A stretch of 64,000 nt of DNA from Candidatus Latescibacterota bacterium. Lineage in GTDB: Bacteria; Latescibacterota; UBA2968. Position numbers and translations under genes: made by a program. This document shows positions 27,807 to 36,126 of this stretch, one piece after another. Location: positions 2,731,235-2,795,234 of the forward strand of contig OZ242311.1 of NCBI GenBank assembly GCA_965207885.1, in the 5' to 3' direction. Position 1 is the stretch's first letter, and each line of letters opens with the position of its first letter. The notes under the pieces were generated by a model, which searched no databases, was not told the DNA's origin, and was given only the letters and a program-made list of their open reading frames with translations.

Positions 27807-27866
27807 TAAAATCGTAAGCCCTTCGCCATGCGCCCCAAGCCTGAAGGACTTGGGTTTTACGGGCTT
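27807..27866 (-). terminator. nested hairpin plus T-tract downstream of rhaM
   Basis: Minus strand: AAGCCC..CCCAAG-n9-CTTGGG..GGGCTT followed by ACGATTTTAT. The inner hairpin is also followed by TTTT on the plus strand. The element may overlap the IS end. Confidence 0.35.
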
Positions 27867-27883
27867 TGCAGATAAACACTCTG

Positions 27884-28198
27884 CTAATCCTGGTGAAAAA
27901 CTTCCCTCAGCGGTATGCAGATCGGCGAGTTGTCGGGGTTGGTGTCCATGATATCGGCCATGTAGGCCCACCATTGCTTGACGATTGCGGTCTCCGGCAA
28001 CTCATCTGCAGTATTGTCGTCGGCCAGCTTCTGCACGGCGAAGAGTGTCAGCGTCTGTTCATCGAGAAAAATTGAATAGTCCGAGACGCCAGCTTTGCTC
28101 AATTCTTCAGCCAACTCCGGCCAAATTTCGTCGTGGCGCTTTTTGTACTCGGCTTCATAACCGGGCTTTAGCTGCATCTTGAAAGCATTGCGGTGCAT
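27884..28198 (-). CDS. rhaM: L-rhamnose mutarotase
   Basis: The 104-aa protein MHRNAFKMQLKPGYEAEYKKRHDEIWPELAEEL...QWWAYMADIMDTNPDNSPICIPLREVFHQD is collinear with E. coli RhaM/YiiL. AGGAG lies 9 nt upstream of the ATG at 28198. The 192-aa track ORF is an upstream extension. Confidence 0.9.
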   Translation of the reverse strand: MHRNAFKMQLKPGYEAEYKKRHDEIWPELAEELSKAGVSDYSIFLDEQTLTLFAVQKLADDNTADELPETAIVKQWWAYMADIMDTNPDNSPICIPLREVFHQD

Positions 28199-28232
28199 GA
28201 TATTTTGCTCCTGACTTCGAGGATGAAGGGTG

Positions 28233-30332
28233 TTAGTATTCGTCCCTTGAATTGTTGTTAAAGTCGAGGTTGAGTTTGTAATCGCCTTTGCAAATTTCAA
28301 TCTGGCCGCTATCATAATTGGATTGGATATAAGGGCTGTCGAAAACTTTTGGGTGCTCATAATCGACATACTTTCCACCAACTGTAGGCACATCGCTTGT
28401 ATTGGCCGCATTAAATACCATTTCTGCCATTTCAGGCGCGGCACTCTTGTAAACAACAACAATGCCTGTTTCTCTTGTTACCACGGTTCTATAGAGTGTG
28501 AGTTCGCCCTGCAAAATCATACGCTTAAAATTTTCCAATGTTGGGTGATCTGCCTTGCGACCTGCTTCTATCAGAACGGGACTGTATCTGTTGGTCAGTT
28601 GCAAAATCGTCTGATCGTTATTGAATCTATAGCTGTCGTTTCTAAGAACCACGTTGCCCCGGTATCTATCGGTCCCTTTTGCCCAGGCTTTGGCATCGGC
28701 CTCTGCTTCCAAAAGAATAACCCGTATTGCCACATAGACATTTCTCTTCTCTGCAAATATCCATCCATCTGTTTCATCAATACGATCCCATCCGTTGCCT
28801 AAGAATAACCCGAATTCCCGATCATACCGATTGTCATTGGCTGGATACCAGTCTGGATTGGATTGTGCCCAACGTCTTCTTTGTTGGGTGATCAGCACTT
28901 GCTTCTGCTGGACGCTGTGATACACCAATTCCATATCGTAGATATTTTCACCTTCGCGTTCTCCTTCTGGCGTATCCAGTGCAATGGTTGCCAGACGGGT
29001 GTTGGGATCTTTGGTCACCAGACCTTGCCAGCGCCCGGCGGTTGATAGGTGGTTGTAAAGCGCATAAGGGTGATCCATCTGAGTACCCAGCACATAATCT
29101 GGCGTTACCCATGTGTATTTGACAAACCGCGATGGCGTATCTCCCATCACGGTGCGCTCCGTGCCCAATGGACGAGGGCTGGTAGGTTCTTCTTCTCCAA
29201 TGCCCCGAGAGAGATATGCAAATGACCCGAGCCCTTTTCGATCCAGAGCCAATTCCCATACGATTCTTGGCCAGGCATAGTCGCTTAAGAGTTGTTGCGG
29301 ATAGTTGAACGAAGTTTTGCCCTCACCACCCAGATAGAAAATGGCAAGATCCGACATAGAATCGTATCCACCAGCAGTCTTGTGGTGGCGCGTTTTGGGA
29401 CCACCTCGTAAACCTGCAATTTGTAGCTGTGCCCAATCGGCCCACATCAGATCTAAAAACATGCCAATTTTCTTTTTAAGTCCCTCATCACCACAGAAAT
29501 TGTAGAGCATAAGAATATAACTGATGGTGTACTTCATATAGGTAGGCGAACCATTTTCAAGAAAGAACCCCCGCTTTGCACGCTCAGTGAAATAGTCATT
29601 GAGATAGGGCAACCAGGCATCGTAATGATCGGCTGCGTTATAAGATTTTCCGTCCGCCCAATTTGCGCGCCCACCACCGTGTCGATCATTGCTGCCCTGC
29701 CCACAATAGCTCGACTCGCCGTATCCGATGCCATCTCCATAACCGAGGTCGGGATAAATGCGGTCAATATACTCGGGTTCATTGGCAAAAATACGCGCAC
29801 TTAAAAGATTACAGGCTTTTGTATTCAGGTCGTGATTCTCACTACCCGCGATCCACCAGGTGCTCTTTTTTGCGACAGAAATATCATTCTTGTACCTGGT
29901 TCGCGCCCATAGTAAAGCCAGCAAAATTCGCTCTGTTTCAGGCGTGAGTCGATTTGGCATCTGTGTACTTTTAGACCCAAACCAATTGTAGAATGTAATC
30001 AGCCTTGGATTGCGCCACAGGCTGTAGAGACTCTGCCCGGGTTGTATGCCTTTCTCCTCACATTCTGCGAGGTTTGCCAGTTCGGTTTGAAAATCTATTG
30101 TCAATTCTTTGTTGACTTCGTTTAGATTTTGGTTGAGCCACATCTGATCAAACATCTGACGGTCTTTGCCCGAAAAATCTGATTTTGCGCCTGCTTGAAA
30201 GGCTTGTTGAATGCGTTGGGGGCGCGTTTCCAATTCTTCTGCCATCAATTCGGTGATACGCTTGTCGATGGGTGAATCACCAAATTCCAGAAGGGATCGA
30301 AACCAACTATTTTTAGCATCTGCTTCGGGCAT
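28233..30332 (-). CDS. cytoplasmic heparinase-II/III-like toroid protein, paralog of the N-terminal 650 aa of the 23856 gene
   Basis: The blocks WWIAGSENHDLNTKA and FLDLMWADWAQLQIAGLRGGPKTR align with SENHHAMS and LLDLYFAYWAQEQIDGVQGGGRSR in the other gene. No signal peptide. GGAGGTG Shine-Dalgarno site. Confidence 0.7.
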   Translation of the reverse strand: MPEADAKNSWFRSLLEFGDSPIDKRITELMAEELETRPQRIQQAFQAGAKSDFSGKDRQMFDQMWLNQNLNEVNKELTIDFQTELANLAECEEKGIQPGQSLYSLWRNPRLITFYNWFGSKSTQMPNRLTPETERILLALLWARTRYKNDISVAKKSTWWIAGSENHDLNTKACNLLSARIFANEPEYIDRIYPDLGYGDGIGYGESSYCGQGSNDRHGGGRANWADGKSYNAADHYDAWLPYLNDYFTERAKRGFFLENGSPTYMKYTISYILMLYNFCGDEGLKKKIGMFLDLMWADWAQLQIAGLRGGPKTRHHKTAGGYDSMSDLAIFYLGGEGKTSFNYPQQLLSDYAWPRIVWELALDRKGLGSFAYLSRGIGEEEPTSPRPLGTERTVMGDTPSRFVKYTWVTPDYVLGTQMDHPYALYNHLSTAGRWQGLVTKDPNTRLATIALDTPEGEREGENIYDMELVYHSVQQKQVLITQQRRRWAQSNPDWYPANDNRYDREFGLFLGNGWDRIDETDGWIFAEKRNVYVAIRVILLEAEADAKAWAKGTDRYRGNVVLRNDSYRFNNDQTILQLTNRYSPVLIEAGRKADHPTLENFKRMILQGELTLYRTVVTRETGIVVVYKSAAPEMAEMVFNAANTSDVPTVGGKYVDYEHPKVFDSPYIQSNYDSGQIEICKGDYKLNLDFNNNSRDEY

Positions 30333-30381
30333 ATTATTGCTTCACCTCCAATGGAGCCACAAGAAGGTATCTCATTTGCGC

Positions 30382-32616
30382 TCACGCTGAGCAGTCCCTG
30401 GCGTCTTTTGTACCGGTATCAAATGCCCATCCATCCCACATGTTGTCAGCGGTCGCTGGCACATCCTCTCGAAAGTTTCGGGTATCGACCCACCACTGAC
30501 GGTTTGGCGCTGGTCCATGCGACAGGTTAAAATATGGCGTCATACCATCTCGTTGATACTCACAAGGAACGACGAGACGCACGACAGGGCGATCGCGGTC
30601 AGCAGAGCGATTGACACCTCCCCCGTGAACAAGGCGAGGATGCCAGAAAACAACGTCCCCTGCTTTGCCGGAAAACTCCACTGGTGCAATCTCTCTCAGC
30701 ACATTGTCACGGGCTTTGCTATATGGCTCTGCGAGGTCGGGGTCAAGGGGACCGTAAACAGTAGTGTGATACAGGTGACTCATGTAATGTGACCCCGGCC
30801 AGATTGTAAAGCCACCACAGTGCGGAGGCACTGTATCTACAAAAACCATTGCAGATAATTGAGCCGCTGTATGGTCTCCATGGGGGGCTAAACGACTTTC
30901 TGAATTTGGTGGTTTTGGAAATATACAATAGACCCCTCGCACCCGGTTTGAACGTTTAACTGGGTCGCCGATAAACAATGAAACCAACTGCCGCATACGT
31001 GGGTGGTTGGCGATCTTATCGACAAAAAAAGGCTCTGTACCAATTTTACGCGAGCGCATCTTCCAGGTGCCGCGCGCAAATTGCCCTGCCTTTTCGGCAT
31101 CCGCCTCTGTCCACTGCCCGTGTGGCGCATCGAACCACGTTTGCACATCGTCGCGTTTGACAATCTCACGCGGCACATTTTCCCAAACATAATCCACGAT
31201 CCGGTCAAACGTCTCCTTCTCTTGCAGAAATCCGCGTTTCACAAGAAAACCATTCTCTTTGAAAAACGCGACTTCGGCTTCACTGAGGGTTGGGTCTCCG
31301 TTCAAAAATTCTGGATCGGGCAAGAGGGCGGGGTCTCCGTTCGCAAATTCTGGATCGACCAATACCTGGGGATCACGGATGACGACGTCTTCGGAAATTC
31401 TGAGCGCGTGTAAACCGCTTCCTTCAAATGGCGGCACCAAAAGATTGTAGATTTGTTGCGCTTTCTCTTTCTGATTCATGCATGCCAATTCGGCTTTCAC
31501 AGGCTCAAAATCCATATTTAAATAAAGGTAAGCGGCGAGCCTCATACATCTAAATGCAGGCTCCCCAGAAAAGGGTTGAATCTGTGGAAGCGTCCACTCG
31601 CGATCGCCCATCCAGTAGGGATAAAGCCAATCAAAGGCGCGTCGCATGGATCGCCCATCGGTAGATTCAAAATTGGCGAGATCAATACCCCACTGTCGGC
31701 CAATCTCAGCGAGTTCTAAAAGAAGCTCTAAATTCATACTCGCGTATCCAAGTGCCTTTGTGCGTGCGAGTTCCAGAGGCTGTTGACCATCTGGCTCAAT
31801 CTGAGCAGCAATCCTTCTTTCTCCCACCCCTTTTAATATCATTCGCGCAAGATCTGATTGCCCCACAAAAAGCGCGAATGTCACAACCTGAATATCATAA
31901 GAACTCGAATGGTTATTGCCATGACGCGCTTCGTCAACCCCATAAGGATGCTTCAACATCCATTCGAGAAACGCGTGAAACCAGGCCTGCAAATCTTCCA
32001 TATCTTTTTGGGACCAGTTCTTAGAGTCGCGCAAAAAACTGACCGCAGGGAGCATCTCGCGTGCAAATGCAGCCGTCTCAATAAGCCCGATACCTCGCCC
32101 TTCGCATATCCCGGGTATGGCCTGCCCAAACAAAAGGTTTGGGTTCATCCTGGTTTCGGGATTCATAAACCATGTTCGCAACAACAATGCAGCCTGAGCA
32201 GCGTAGTCTTCTCGATGTGTAAAACCATACGCTAACCCCAGCGTTTTCACCGTTGAAATGAATTTTGCCAACAAAGGGCGGTCCGTTTTTTCAACCTCGG
32301 GATTGACCTCGCCATCTCGTCGGATATAAGGCAAACCGTCAGGCTTATCGGGGTCTGGCCACCAGTAAGGTCCAACACTCATGTAATCGTGTTTGTCACC
32401 ACTGGCAGGCAAGATCGGTTTGTTCACAATGGTCAGCGGTTCCTGCTTCAAAGCGGCATCCGCTTTCACAAGCAGGGCTTTAAGGGCTTGCCCACACGGG
32501 TTATCTTCCCGTTTGCTCAACGAGCGCGCCCGCTTGATATAATCGGGATCTACTGTAAATATAGGTTCAGCAGGTGAAAACGCCTTGAGCAGATCAGCTT
32601 CTTTGTCCGGATACAT
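30382..32616 (-). CDS. fusion protein: PL5-like alginate-lyase-superfamily domain (aa 1-400) plus PhyH Fe(II)/2OG dioxygenase domain (aa 445-744)
   Basis: N-terminal motifs: ASGDKHDYMSVGPYWWPDPDKPDGLPYIRRDGEVNPE and GNNHSSSYD. Linker: DPEFANGDPALLPDPEFLNGDP. C-terminal motifs: EVAFFKENGFLVKRGFL, HGDH, GGFTIWPGSHYMSH and GDVVFWHPRLVHGGGVN. It is a single uninterrupted ORF with an AGGAG Shine-Dalgarno site. Confidence 0.85.
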   Translation of the reverse strand: MYPDKEADLLKAFSPAEPIFTVDPDYIKRARSLSKREDNPCGQALKALLVKADAALKQEPLTIVNKPILPASGDKHDYMSVGPYWWPDPDKPDGLPYIRRDGEVNPEVEKTDRPLLAKFISTVKTLGLAYGFTHREDYAAQAALLLRTWFMNPETRMNPNLLFGQAIPGICEGRGIGLIETAAFAREMLPAVSFLRDSKNWSQKDMEDLQAWFHAFLEWMLKHPYGVDEARHGNNHSSSYDIQVVTFALFVGQSDLARMILKGVGERRIAAQIEPDGQQPLELARTKALGYASMNLELLLELAEIGRQWGIDLANFESTDGRSMRRAFDWLYPYWMGDREWTLPQIQPFSGEPAFRCMRLAAYLYLNMDFEPVKAELACMNQKEKAQQIYNLLVPPFEGSGLHALRISEDVVIRDPQVLVDPEFANGDPALLPDPEFLNGDPTLSEAEVAFFKENGFLVKRGFLQEKETFDRIVDYVWENVPREIVKRDDVQTWFDAPHGQWTEADAEKAGQFARGTWKMRSRKIGTEPFFVDKIANHPRMRQLVSLFIGDPVKRSNRVRGVYCIFPKPPNSESRLAPHGDHTAAQLSAMVFVDTVPPHCGGFTIWPGSHYMSHLYHTTVYGPLDPDLAEPYSKARDNVLREIAPVEFSGKAGDVVFWHPRLVHGGGVNRSADRDRPVVRLVVPCEYQRDGMTPYFNLSHGPAPNRQWWVDTRNFREDVPATADNMWDGWAFDTGTKDARDCSA
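31292..31355 (-). repeat. 39-nt tandem duplication encoding the inter-domain linker
   Basis: GGGTCTCCGTTCAAAAATTCTGGATC at 31292-31317 and GGGTCTCCGTTCGCAAATTCTGGATC at 31331-31356, with a 39-nt period. They encode DPEF(L/A)NGDP twice. Confidence 0.65.
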
Positions 32617-32640
32617 GTGAATACTCCTGTTTTAAGTTGG

Positions 32641-34572
32641 TTATTGTAAATCGATTTCCAGTTGCAAATAATCGTACATAACGCCAAAGTGAGGGTAGTT
32701 CTGTCGTTGCCCGCGGTGTTGTTTCCGTGGGAGGAGGTCGAGCGTCAACACATTCTCTCCTGTGCGCAACAGCGACGCATCAAACGCGATAAAGTGCTCG
32801 CTGAAGCGCCCGTAGATGCCACTGCGGGGAAGCGCACTGTCGTTCTCCAAACCGGTAATCTTATCCAGAGGTTTGCCATTGAGGCCGATAGCGATTCCCC
32901 CATCGCGATTTACCGACGCCAGAGCGATTGTGAGGGTCGCGCGCCCGGACATTGGCTCATCGCATTGAAATCGAATCTTCCAGGTAGGTAGTCGCCAGTT
33001 GCCTTCTCCAGTCCGGTCAGCAGGCTGTATGCGGGGTTGCCATCCGCCTTTTTCTTCCCAAATTGCCATATGTGCATAATTCCAGTCGCTTCGCTCTTTG
33101 CTCTTTCCGACCGCGAAATCGACATCCTCGGGAAAATCCTTCTGGTAATTGAACCATAGCCCCCAGTGGCGATGGTCATCTCCGCGTCGAAATTCAGCAG
33201 CAGTTCGGTCTGGTTTTCCGACACGCCAGAGCAACTTGCCGAAAGAACGGGGTGACCACTGCAGACTGCCGAGTTTGACTTCGCCGGTTGCGTCGATCGT
33301 GACGTCATCTTTTCTAAACTCACCAATCATGTCAGGGGCAAATGCATAAAGCGTATATCTTCCTTTTCGGACAGCCGGTATTGCATAGGAACCATCAGCC
33401 GCCATCCTGGCGCGGTAGATGTAGTTCTCTGCGCCTTGCTGCTGCCAGTCCAGCCCTCGATATTCCTGGGGCTGCGCCAGTACGACCCATCCATTGCTGT
33501 GGTGTGTTAGACCCGTATCTTTGAATCTTCCCGTAACCACAGCCCTGTCGATCGGGTACTCCGGATGTTCCAGCCAGCTGTAGGGCCAGCGCTTTCGATG
33601 TTTTTCACCCTCGCGCTTTGCATCATACCACAAATGCCGGGCATCTTCACCTTTGTTCATATAAACAAATACCGGCCCGAAGACCTTCTCCCATTTACCG
33701 CTGACGTAATCCCCTCTGCTGCCGTAGTGGTGAGAATACAGCAGCTTCAGGATGATCGGCCCCCGATCAGTCGCGTGGCTGGTATTGTGTTGTTTTGTCG
33801 GACCGCCGCAGAGGTATTCATTGCTCGGCGTGACCATCCACACGCCCTGCTTTCCATTGTGCAAACCGTGTACAAGAGCCTCCTGAGTTGGAGATGACCA
33901 GTTATACTTTGTATCCACTTCTCCCGATTGGAGCGCATGTGTGGCATCCATCACCATGCCCTTTGCGCTGGATATTGCCTTGCTATCCGGAATCACACCA
34001 GAGAGCTTGTCATTGACCCTGATATTCACCATCGAATCGTTTAGGCGCATCCCAAAACGAAGCTGTGTCAGCACGGCGTCGCCCGTATCCCCGGGTTTGC
34101 TAGCTACAACATAATAATAGAACCCCGAATCACCCGCTCTCAGGACATAATGGAGCTCCATCTTGAACGGGAAACCTGCGGGTTGTTTGGGGGTGAATGA
34201 AATATCGACCATTTCCGGGTTATTGACGTGGATGTTGAACTCAGGGCTTTGGTCGCGCAAAAACTTTGCCTTCACGTTCGACTCTTTGCCCGCCATATAG
34301 TTTGTTTCCGAATCATCGACATAACTGGCCAGGATGGTGAAATATCCGAACTGTTTGGGAGATAGGAGAGAGTCCCCCTGATATTCCAACGAGATAATCC
34401 GCCCCGTAGATTTTTGGATCGCCATCGAGACGGAACTATTTTTAAGGATGATTCTATTGCCAGATTCAACAAGCATTGAAACCTCTGCGAAAACCGGCGT
34501 GCTGATCATACACTGGATGGATACGAGCAGAATGCACGCCGCGCATCTGCCAAATCCAATTTTTTTGAACAT
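32641..34572 (-). CDS. secreted rhamnogalacturonan lyase, PL4 family
   Basis: Signal peptide MFKKIGFGRCAACILLVSIQCMISTPVFA from the ATG at 34572. Hallmark blocks: LWRVGKPDRTAAEFRRGDD..WGLWFNY, DWNYAHM, LTIALASV and PRSGIYGRF..LLRTGENVLTLDL. Confidence 0.8.
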   Translation of the reverse strand: MFKKIGFGRCAACILLVSIQCMISTPVFAEVSMLVESGNRIILKNSSVSMAIQKSTGRIISLEYQGDSLLSPKQFGYFTILASYVDDSETNYMAGKESNVKAKFLRDQSPEFNIHVNNPEMVDISFTPKQPAGFPFKMELHYVLRAGDSGFYYYVVASKPGDTGDAVLTQLRFGMRLNDSMVNIRVNDKLSGVIPDSKAISSAKGMVMDATHALQSGEVDTKYNWSSPTQEALVHGLHNGKQGVWMVTPSNEYLCGGPTKQHNTSHATDRGPIILKLLYSHHYGSRGDYVSGKWEKVFGPVFVYMNKGEDARHLWYDAKREGEKHRKRWPYSWLEHPEYPIDRAVVTGRFKDTGLTHHSNGWVVLAQPQEYRGLDWQQQGAENYIYRARMAADGSYAIPAVRKGRYTLYAFAPDMIGEFRKDDVTIDATGEVKLGSLQWSPRSFGKLLWRVGKPDRTAAEFRRGDDHRHWGLWFNYQKDFPEDVDFAVGKSKERSDWNYAHMAIWEEKGGWQPRIQPADRTGEGNWRLPTWKIRFQCDEPMSGRATLTIALASVNRDGGIAIGLNGKPLDKITGLENDSALPRSGIYGRFSEHFIAFDASLLRTGENVLTLDLLPRKQHRGQRQNYPHFGVMYDYLQLEIDLQ

Positions 34573-34610
34573 TTTGTGTTTTGCTATGAGGCGTTGCACG
34601 ATGAAATGTC

Positions 34611-34640
34611 TTGATTGAGGTTCATTTTTGTATGTACTAT
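34611..34640 (+). promoter_or_regulatory. candidate promoter for the plus-strand sulfatase
   Basis: TTGATT, 18-nt spacer, TACTAT, about 50 nt upstream of the ATG at 34693. The match is weak. Confidence 0.25.
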
Positions 34641-34692
34641 ACGCAGTAGTTTCTACACTTACACTCAACTCGAAACAATGGGAAGAATATAT

Positions 34693-36102
34693 ATGGCACA
34701 AGTACGACCACACATACTCATTCTCACGGCGGACCAGCTACGGGCGGATTCTATGGGCTGCGCCGGTCATCCGCGGGTCAAAACGCCGGTCATCGACTCG
34801 CTTGCCAACGACGGCATGCGGTTCAGCAATTGCCACACCGTGTCGCCGGTCTGCCAGCCGTCGCGCGTGTCGTTCATCACTGGCACCTATCCTCACAACC
34901 ACGGCATCTGGTACAACCGCGGCGAACTGCCGATCAACTACCCGACGCTGTTCTCCCAATTGCGGGACGCTGGCTACCACACGGCAACCGTCGGCAAGTC
35001 GCACCTCTGGAGCCACAGAAAGGTGTCTCATTTGCGCGAAGGCGAGCCGTATATGCAAGCGCTCGGCTTTGACGTCATCGACGAACTCGGAGGACCGCGG
35101 GGGAGTCTCAACTCGGACTCGTACTTCACCGACTACCTGCGCGAGAAGGATCTGTTCGAGCTCTTCGTCAGCGATACACGCGAACGGGTTCGCGACCCAA
35201 AGCTCGTCAAACCAGCGGTGTTTGAGGAGGACGACCACATGGACGGGTACGTGGGCAGGCGTTCGGTCGAGTTCGTCGATTCTGCGCCCGGGGACCGTCC
35301 GACCTGTCTGTCCGTCAATTTCCCCGGGCCACATGACCCGTGGGATGCGCCGGGGAAGTACGCCACCATGTACGATCCGGCCGATTCGCCGCCCGCCATC
35401 GGCGTGCCGCCGCGACCCGCCACGCTCCCCGACGAAGTCGCCCAGAAGGAGGACTTCAAGACGGAGCCGGGTCTGACCGCTGAAATCGCCGCCGCGATCC
35501 GGGCAAATTACGATGGCAAGATCACATTCGTCGATCACTGGTGCGGTGAGATCCTTGCGGCGTATGAACGGCGCGGCTGGCTCGATGATCTCTGTGTCGT
35601 GTTCTGGTCCGATCACGGCGAAATGACCGGCGATCACGGCAGGGTGTTCAAACGCACCTTTCACGAATCTGCATTGCGGGTCCCCCTGATCCTGCGCTGG
35701 CCCGGGCGGATACCGTCGGGTACTGTCTGCGACGCACTGGTGGAAACTATCGATGTCGGCCCTGCCTTGCTGGAAGCCCTGGGGCTCGACCAGTTGCAGA
35801 TGTCCCTTGGGCAGTCGCTGGGGCATTTGTTCGCGGAGCCGACCGCGCACCACCGCACCGAGGTATTGTCAGAGATTTTCTACGGTGGTTCGCGCAATAC
35901 GATGGTGAAAACCGACCGCTACAAATACGCCATGGATCAGCACGGCAGGGGGTACATGCTGTACGATATGCAGCAGGACCCGGATGAGCAGCAAAATCTG
36001 ATCGGCGATCCCGAGCATCGGGATACGGAGAACGAGATGCGGGACACGCTGCTTCGCCGCCTCGCTGCCAGCGCGTTTGTCATGGACAGCGTGAACCTTT
36101 GA
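34693..36102 (+). CDS. Cys-type sulfatase, no signal peptide, GC-rich
   Basis: MAQVRPHILILTADQLRAD, PVCQPSRVSFITGTYP and WSDHGEMTGDHG motifs. Shadow ORFs of 282 and 371 aa in other frames indicate high G+C. Confidence 0.9.
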   Translation: MAQVRPHILILTADQLRADSMGCAGHPRVKTPVIDSLANDGMRFSNCHTVSPVCQPSRVSFITGTYPHNHGIWYNRGELPINYPTLFSQLRDAGYHTATVGKSHLWSHRKVSHLREGEPYMQALGFDVIDELGGPRGSLNSDSYFTDYLREKDLFELFVSDTRERVRDPKLVKPAVFEEDDHMDGYVGRRSVEFVDSAPGDRPTCLSVNFPGPHDPWDAPGKYATMYDPADSPPAIGVPPRPATLPDEVAQKEDFKTEPGLTAEIAAAIRANYDGKITFVDHWCGEILAAYERRGWLDDLCVVFWSDHGEMTGDHGRVFKRTFHESALRVPLILRWPGRIPSGTVCDALVETIDVGPALLEALGLDQLQMSLGQSLGHLFAEPTAHHRTEVLSEIFYGGSRNTMVKTDRYKYAMDQHGRGYMLYDMQQDPDEQQNLIGDPEHRDTENEMRDTLLRRLAASAFVMDSVNL

Positions 36103-36126
36103 AAACAGCCTCCGAGACCGGCACGT

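Larger units (their letters stand above)
26526..27813 (-). mobile_element. tnpB-only IS200/IS605-family (IS1341-like) element; ends approximate
   Basis: tnpB plus a subterminal hairpin CACAATCC-n5-GGATTGTG flanked by GGCGG on both sides (27762-27782). A TTAC tetranucleotide at 27814-27817 (minus strand) is a possible left-end cleavage site. Hairpins lie at and within the 3' end of tnpB (26563-26577, 26579-26598). No tnpA is present. Confidence 0.55.

Noticed and set aside
27729-28462. 81-aa ORF over the IS end, and the 192-aa version of the rhaM ORF
   Set aside because: Only the last 104 codons match RhaM, and they have their own AGGAG and ATG. The upstream 88 codons overlap the preceding gene's 3' end. 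The 81-aa ORF covers hairpin and terminator DNA.
34628-35853. Long ORFs of 282 aa (plus strand) and 371 aa (minus strand) overlapping the sulfatase gene at 34693-36102
   Set aside because: Their translations are Arg/Pro/Ala-rich and low in complexity, with no motifs. They are shadow frames of a GC-rich gene whose own frame has full sulfatase motifs.
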